A DNA stretch of 63,313 nucleotides, the filler included, from Actinomycetota bacterium (GTDB taxonomy: Bacteria; Actinomycetota; CADDZG01; JAHWKV01; JAOPZY01), in NCBI GenBank assembly GCA_025963875.1. It is 4 parts of 4 records of this genome, joined end to end, with 100 filler letters (N's around TTAATTAATTAA, not from the genome) between each part and the next. Parts side by side here need not be neighbours in the genome. Positions count along the whole stretch, not along the records: positions 38,569 to 63,313 come from JAOPZY010000141.1; 3 more parts are not named here. The stretch is one strand, 5' to 3'. The notes under the pieces are model-generated. The model was given only the letters and a program-made list of their open reading frames with translations. It did no database searches and had not been told where the DNA came from. Position 1 is the stretch's first letter; every line of letters starts with the position of its first letter. The translations under genes and the position numbers were made by a program. Shown here one piece after another: positions 59,734 to 63,313 of this stretch.

Positions 59734-59774
59734 GTATGATTAAGCATCATTATCATGTTTATTCATACAAAGAA
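59728..59774. repeat. 47-bp AT-rich TTCT...AGAA palindrome
   Basis: ttctttgtatgattaagcatcattatcatgtttattcatacaaagaa; same length and termini as 15758-15804 and 17735-17781. Confidence 0.75.
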
Positions 59775-59792
59775 GCTCAGCCCTGCCAGAAC

Positions 59793-60578
59793 TCAGCCCC
59801 CGAAGCGGCGGACCCGGGCCGAATACTCGAGGATGGCATCGACGAGGTCGGCCTCGTCGATGTCGGGGCAGTACTTCGTCGTGAAGACCAGCTCGGCGTA
59901 GGCGGCCTGCAGCGGCAGGAACCCCGAGGAGCGGTATTCCCCCGACGTCCGCCACACGAGGTCGGGGTTGGGGTGGGGCTGGCCGGTGGTGTCGAGGAAG
60001 TCCCGGAGGTCGAGGTCGGCCGGCTCTACACCCGTCTCCCGTGCCCGGGCCACCAGGCGCTCGAGGGCACGGTGCAACTCGTCGGCCCCGCCGTAGTTGA
60101 TGGCAAGGCTGATGACGTTGCGCCGGAAGTCTGCGGTCTCGTTCTGGATCTTGTCGATGGCCGCCAGCAGCGACGGAGGCATGCCCTCGGGAAACCCGGC
60201 CCGGGCGGCCTCGGCCTCCATCCCCTTGGGCGGACCATCCCGGCGGCCGATGTGCAGCACCTGGACCTCCTCCTCCACCGCCTCGGGCAGCAGATCGAGG
60301 ATCCACGACTCGTAGAGCGCGAAGAGCGTGGCGACCTCCTCGGGGGACCGCTTCCAGTTCTCGGTGGAGAAGGCCCACATGGTCACCGTGTGCACCCCCG
60401 CGCGGCGACAGAAGCGGGCGAGACGGCGGGCCACCTCGAACCCCTGGCGGTGGCCCTCGATCGTCGGCAGGCCGCGCTCCCACGCCCAGCGCCGGTTCCC
60501 GTCGGGGATGACGGCAAGGTGGGCCGGGATCCTGGCTCCCTCGAGTCGCTGTAGCTGGGCGGAGCTTGTCGGTTCCAT
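59793..60578 (-). CDS. uppS: cis-prenyltransferase (undecaprenyl/decaprenyl diphosphate synthase)
   Basis: HLAVIPDGNRRWA, AFSTENWKR, NYGG, PDLVWRTSGE.R.SGFL and RRFGG. Confidence 0.95.
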   Translation of the reverse strand: MEPTSSAQLQRLEGARIPAHLAVIPDGNRRWAWERGLPTIEGHRQGFEVARRLARFCRRAGVHTVTMWAFSTENWKRSPEEVATLFALYESWILDLLPEAVEEEVQVLHIGRRDGPPKGMEAEAARAGFPEGMPPSLLAAIDKIQNETADFRRNVISLAINYGGADELHRALERLVARARETGVEPADLDLRDFLDTTGQPHPNPDLVWRTSGEYRSSGFLPLQAAYAELVFTTKYCPDIDEADLVDAILEYSARVRRFGG

Positions 60579-61621
60579 TACTCCAGAACGGGGACCCGAT
60601 CGATGATCAGGCGGGTGAGGCGTTGCAGCGAGTCCCGCGCCGGTCCCTCCGGGGCGCCGTCGAGGCAGGCGAGGGCCTCGTCGACGTGCTCCGCGGCGAC
60701 GCCGAGTGCCCGCTGGAACGCTCCCGTGCGGACCACGGTCTTGCGGATCAGGTCGACGTCGGGCTGTGGGGTGCCGAGCTGGTCGGCGAGGGAGGGCTCC
60801 GCCTCGACGGCGTAGAGCAGGGGGAGGGTGTAGACGCCGTCCCGCAGGTCGGTGCCGGGCGGCTTGCCGAGGTCCTCCCTGGTGGCGGACAGGTCGAGCA
60901 GGTCGTCGGCGATCTGGAAGGCCATCCCGAAGGCGGCGCCGAAGAGGCGCAGTGGCTCCGCCTGGTCCGCGGGGCACCCGGCGAGCACGGCCCCGAGGCG
61001 GGACGACGCCTCGAGCAGCGCGCCGGTCTTGTCGTCCACCGTCGCATAGTAGTGCTCGACCGGACGCCGGCAGTCGTAGAGGTGCTCCAACTCCCGCACC
61101 TGGCCCTGGACCACCCTGGCGATGGCGTCGGCAAGGACCCGGGGCACCTCGCCGCCGACGTCGGCGGCGATGCTCGAGGCCTTGGCGAAGAGGAAGTCCC
61201 CGACGAGGATCGCCACGATGTTGCCCCACTTGCCGTTGGCGCTGGGGACGCCCCTGCGGGTGTCGGCCTCGTCGATGACGTCGTCGTGGTAGAGCGTCGC
61301 GAGATGGGTGAGCTCGATGGCCGCCCCCGTCGAGTCCGCCCGAGGGTTCACAGTAGTATCCGGCGCCTTGAGGGGCGCCCCCTTGTCCTTATCCGGCGCC
61401 TCGAGGGGCGCCTCGGGGGAATCCGACCACAGGCGGGACGAGAGCGCCACCAGGGCCGGCCGCAGGCGCTTGCCGCCGGCCTTCGTCAGGTAGCTGGCGC
61501 TCTCGGTCAGGAATGGGGTGCCGGCAGTGGAGGCCTGAAGGAGGATCGTCTCCACCCGCTCGAGGTCGGGAGCGATGGTCTCCAGGACGTCGGCGACCTC
61601 GTCACGCGAGAGGGGCTCCAC
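60578..61621 (-). CDS. trans-polyprenyl diphosphate synthase
   Basis: GGKRLRP, HDDVID...RRG, KTG and FQIADDLLD; carries an in-frame repeat insertion. Confidence 0.95.
   Translation of the reverse strand: MEPLSRDEVADVLETIAPDLERVETILLQASTAGTPFLTESASYLTKAGGKRLRPALVALSSRLWSDSPEAPLEAPDKDKGAPLKAPDTTVNPRADSTGAAIELTHLATLYHDDVIDEADTRRGVPSANGKWGNIVAILVGDFLFAKASSIAADVGGEVPRVLADAIARVVQGQVRELEHLYDCRRPVEHYYATVDDKTGALLEASSRLGAVLAGCPADQAEPLRLFGAAFGMAFQIADDLLDLSATREDLGKPPGTDLRDGVYTLPLLYAVEAEPSLADQLGTPQPDVDLIRKTVVRTGAFQRALGVAAEHVDEALACLDGAPEGPARDSLQRLTRLIIDRVPVLE
61358..61416 (-). repeat. Two tandem GGCGCC-hairpin REP-like elements inside the prenyl synthase ORF
   Basis: Copies at 61391-61416 and 61358-61381 encode PEAPLEAPD and GAPLKAPD. 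Confidence 0.88.
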
Positions 61622-62550
61622 TAGTCGAGGCCCGCCGGGAGCGGGAAGTGGACATCTTCGGTGGCCACGGTGACCTCCTCGACATCGCCGTACCCCCGGT
61701 CATGCAGGGAGGCGACGACCCGCTCCACGAGCACGTCGGGCGTGGAGGCCCCCGAGCTCAGACCGATGACCTCGGCCTGGGTGATCCAGTCGGGGTCGAT
61801 CGACGTCTCGTCGGAGATCAGGTACGCAACGGTCCCCGCCTCGCGGGCCACCTCGACAAGGCGGTTCGAGTTGGAGGAGTTCTGCGAGCCGACGATGAAG
61901 ACCAGGTCGCTGCGCGCCGCCAGCGCCTTGACCGCCTCCTGGCGGTTCTGGCTCGCGTAGCAGATGTCGTCATGCTTGGGACCGACCATGGCCGGGAAGC
62001 GCTGACGAAGCGCCTCGACGACCTCGACGGTGTCGTCGACGGCAAGGGTCGTCTGCGTGAGGTACGCGACCCTCTCGGGGTCGGCGGCGGCGACGTTCGC
62101 GACGTCGCCCGGACCCTCGACGACCACGATCCGATCCGGGGCCTCCCCGGCGGTGCCCTCGATCTCCTCATGGCCGGCGTGGCCGATGAGGAAGATGGTG
62201 CGGCCACCCTTGGCGAAGCGTTGCGCCTCGACGTGGACCTTGGTCACCAGGGGGCAGGTGGCGTCGACGACCTTCAGGTGCCGGCGCCCGGCATTCTCGT
62301 GCACCGCGGGGGAGACACCGTGGGCCGAGAGGACACAGACGCCGCCCTCGGGCACCTCGTCCTCGCTCTCGACGAAGACGGCGCCCTTCTCTTCCAGGCC
62401 GCGCACGACGTGGAGGTTGTGGACGATCTGCTTGCGGACGTAGACCGGGGGCCCGTAGCGGGTGAGGGTGCGCTCGACGATCTCGACGGCTCGCTCCACT
62501 CCTGCGCACCAGCCACGGGGCGCCGCGATGAGGATCTTCCGCGCCATCAC
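61621..62550 (-). CDS. ispH: 4-hydroxy-3-methylbut-2-enyl diphosphate reductase
   Basis: PRGWCAGV, IVHN, SAHG, DATCPLV, QTTL, DICYA and NSSNS. Confidence 0.97.
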   Translation of the reverse strand: MMARKILIAAPRGWCAGVERAVEIVERTLTRYGPPVYVRKQIVHNLHVVRGLEEKGAVFVESEDEVPEGGVCVLSAHGVSPAVHENAGRRHLKVVDATCPLVTKVHVEAQRFAKGGRTIFLIGHAGHEEIEGTAGEAPDRIVVVEGPGDVANVAAADPERVAYLTQTTLAVDDTVEVVEALRQRFPAMVGPKHDDICYASQNRQEAVKALAARSDLVFIVGSQNSSNSNRLVEVAREAGTVAYLISDETSIDPDWITQAEVIGLSSGASTPDVLVERVVASLHDRGYGDVEEVTVATEDVHFPLPAGLD

Positions 62551-62657
62551 ATCTTCCTAATCTTTGGCTGCCCTGTTTTACCGGGCCTGACCTTCCCTGG
62601 ACCCCACCCGTCCAACCCTCCCCCACCCGAATCACCGGGTTTGAGCGGGCGCTCAAT

Positions 62658-63313
62658 CTAGATCGGCTCCGGTACCTCTGTCAAATCCCGGATCCCCTCG
62701 GAGTCCTTGGCCGTCGCCTTGGCCGTCGCCTTGGCCGTCGCCACCTTGACCGCCTCCTCGAGGAGGGCGTCCACCATCCGGTCCGCCGGGACCCAGCCGA
62801 TCTGGCGGCCACGGGAGAACAGCAGACCCCGGCCGGGCCCCGCAGCGATGCCGACGTCGGCGTCGCGGGCCTCGCCCGGCCCGTTCACCTCGCACCCCAT
62901 GACCGCGATCTGCACCGGTGGCAGCTTTAGCTCCTCGAGGCGCTCCATAACCTGCTTCGTCAGGGCCACGACGTCGAGCTCCGCCCTCCCGCACGAGGGA
63001 CAGGCAACGAGGTCGAAGGTGCTCCGCCGGATGCCCAGGCTCTGCAGGATGTGCTTGGCGGCCTTGACCTCCTCGACGGGGTCGGCCGTGAGCGACACCC
63101 GCAGCGTGTCGCCGATGCCCTCTGCAAGGAGCGTGCCGATGCCGATGGCGGACTTGATGAGCCCGGTCGGCGGCGGTCCGGCCTCGGTCACCCCCAGGTG
63201 GAGGGGGTAGTCGCAGCTGGCGGCCAGCAGGCGGTAGGCGGCGATCATCTGCGCGACGTTCTGGTGCTTGACCGAGATCTTGATGTCCGAGAAGCCCTCG
63301 TCCTCGAGGATCC
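62658..63313 (-). CDS. ispG: HMBPP synthase, 5' part outside the window
   Basis: YPLHLGVTEAG, GIGDTLRVSL, ACPSCGR and MGCEVNGPGEA. Confidence 0.97.
   Translation of the reverse strand, partial: ILEDEGFSDIKISVKHQNVAQMIAAYRLLAASCDYPLHLGVTEAGPPPTGLIKSAIGIGTLLAEGIGDTLRVSLTADPVEEVKAAKHILQSLGIRRSTFDLVACPSCGRAELDVVALTKQVMERLEELKLPPVQIAVMGCEVNGPGEARDADVGIAAGPGRGLLFSRGRQIGWVPADRMVDALLEEAVKVATAKATAKATAKDSEGIRDLTEVPEPI

Noticed and set aside
59733..59769. Resemblance to the tandem ARG box at argC
   Set aside because: It lies between convergent gene ends with no promoter to control; treated as a palindrome instead.
62706..62741. 12-bp tandem repeat giving ATAK x3 in the ispG tail (similar GAKDD repeats in the moeB tail, 5950-6015)
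   Set aside because: Simple slippage in non-conserved C-terminal extensions; no evidence of function.

Overview
High-GC actinobacterial DNA (WhiB, SigK/RskA, F420-type PPOX protein, GlnR-like boxes). It consists of four contigs joined by N-TTAATTAATTAA-N linkers at 17010-17109, 29080-29179 and 38469-38568, so adjacency across those gaps is not real. Housekeeping and accessory content: hybrid kinase plus diguanylate cyclase, ECF sigma/anti-sigma, cspA, tRNA-Lys followed by an ars/HD/NUDIX accessory tract, argCJBD, mntR-mntH, P450 plus a frameshifted carbamoyltransferase, three tandem secreted repeat proteins and ispG-ispH-prenyltransferases. Main points of interest: (1) a guanidine-I (ykkC) riboswitch with upstream GlnR-like boxes heads an operon encoding a cysteine hydrolase, a family-5 ABC importer, an atypical metallo-beta-lactamase-fold hydrolase and urease, a candidate uncharacterised route for using guanidino nitrogen; (2) two divergently transcribed probable selenoprotein genes (rhodanese-MoeB and a two-domain glutaredoxin-like protein) whose in-frame TGAs are each followed by a hairpin with CGTG at exactly +21..+24; (3) three families of short palindromic repeats, one of them sitting in-frame inside protein-coding genes; (4) a probable CTG-initiated HAD hydrolase and a 33-aa small protein absent from the ORF track. 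All calls come from reading motifs by eye; no searches were run.
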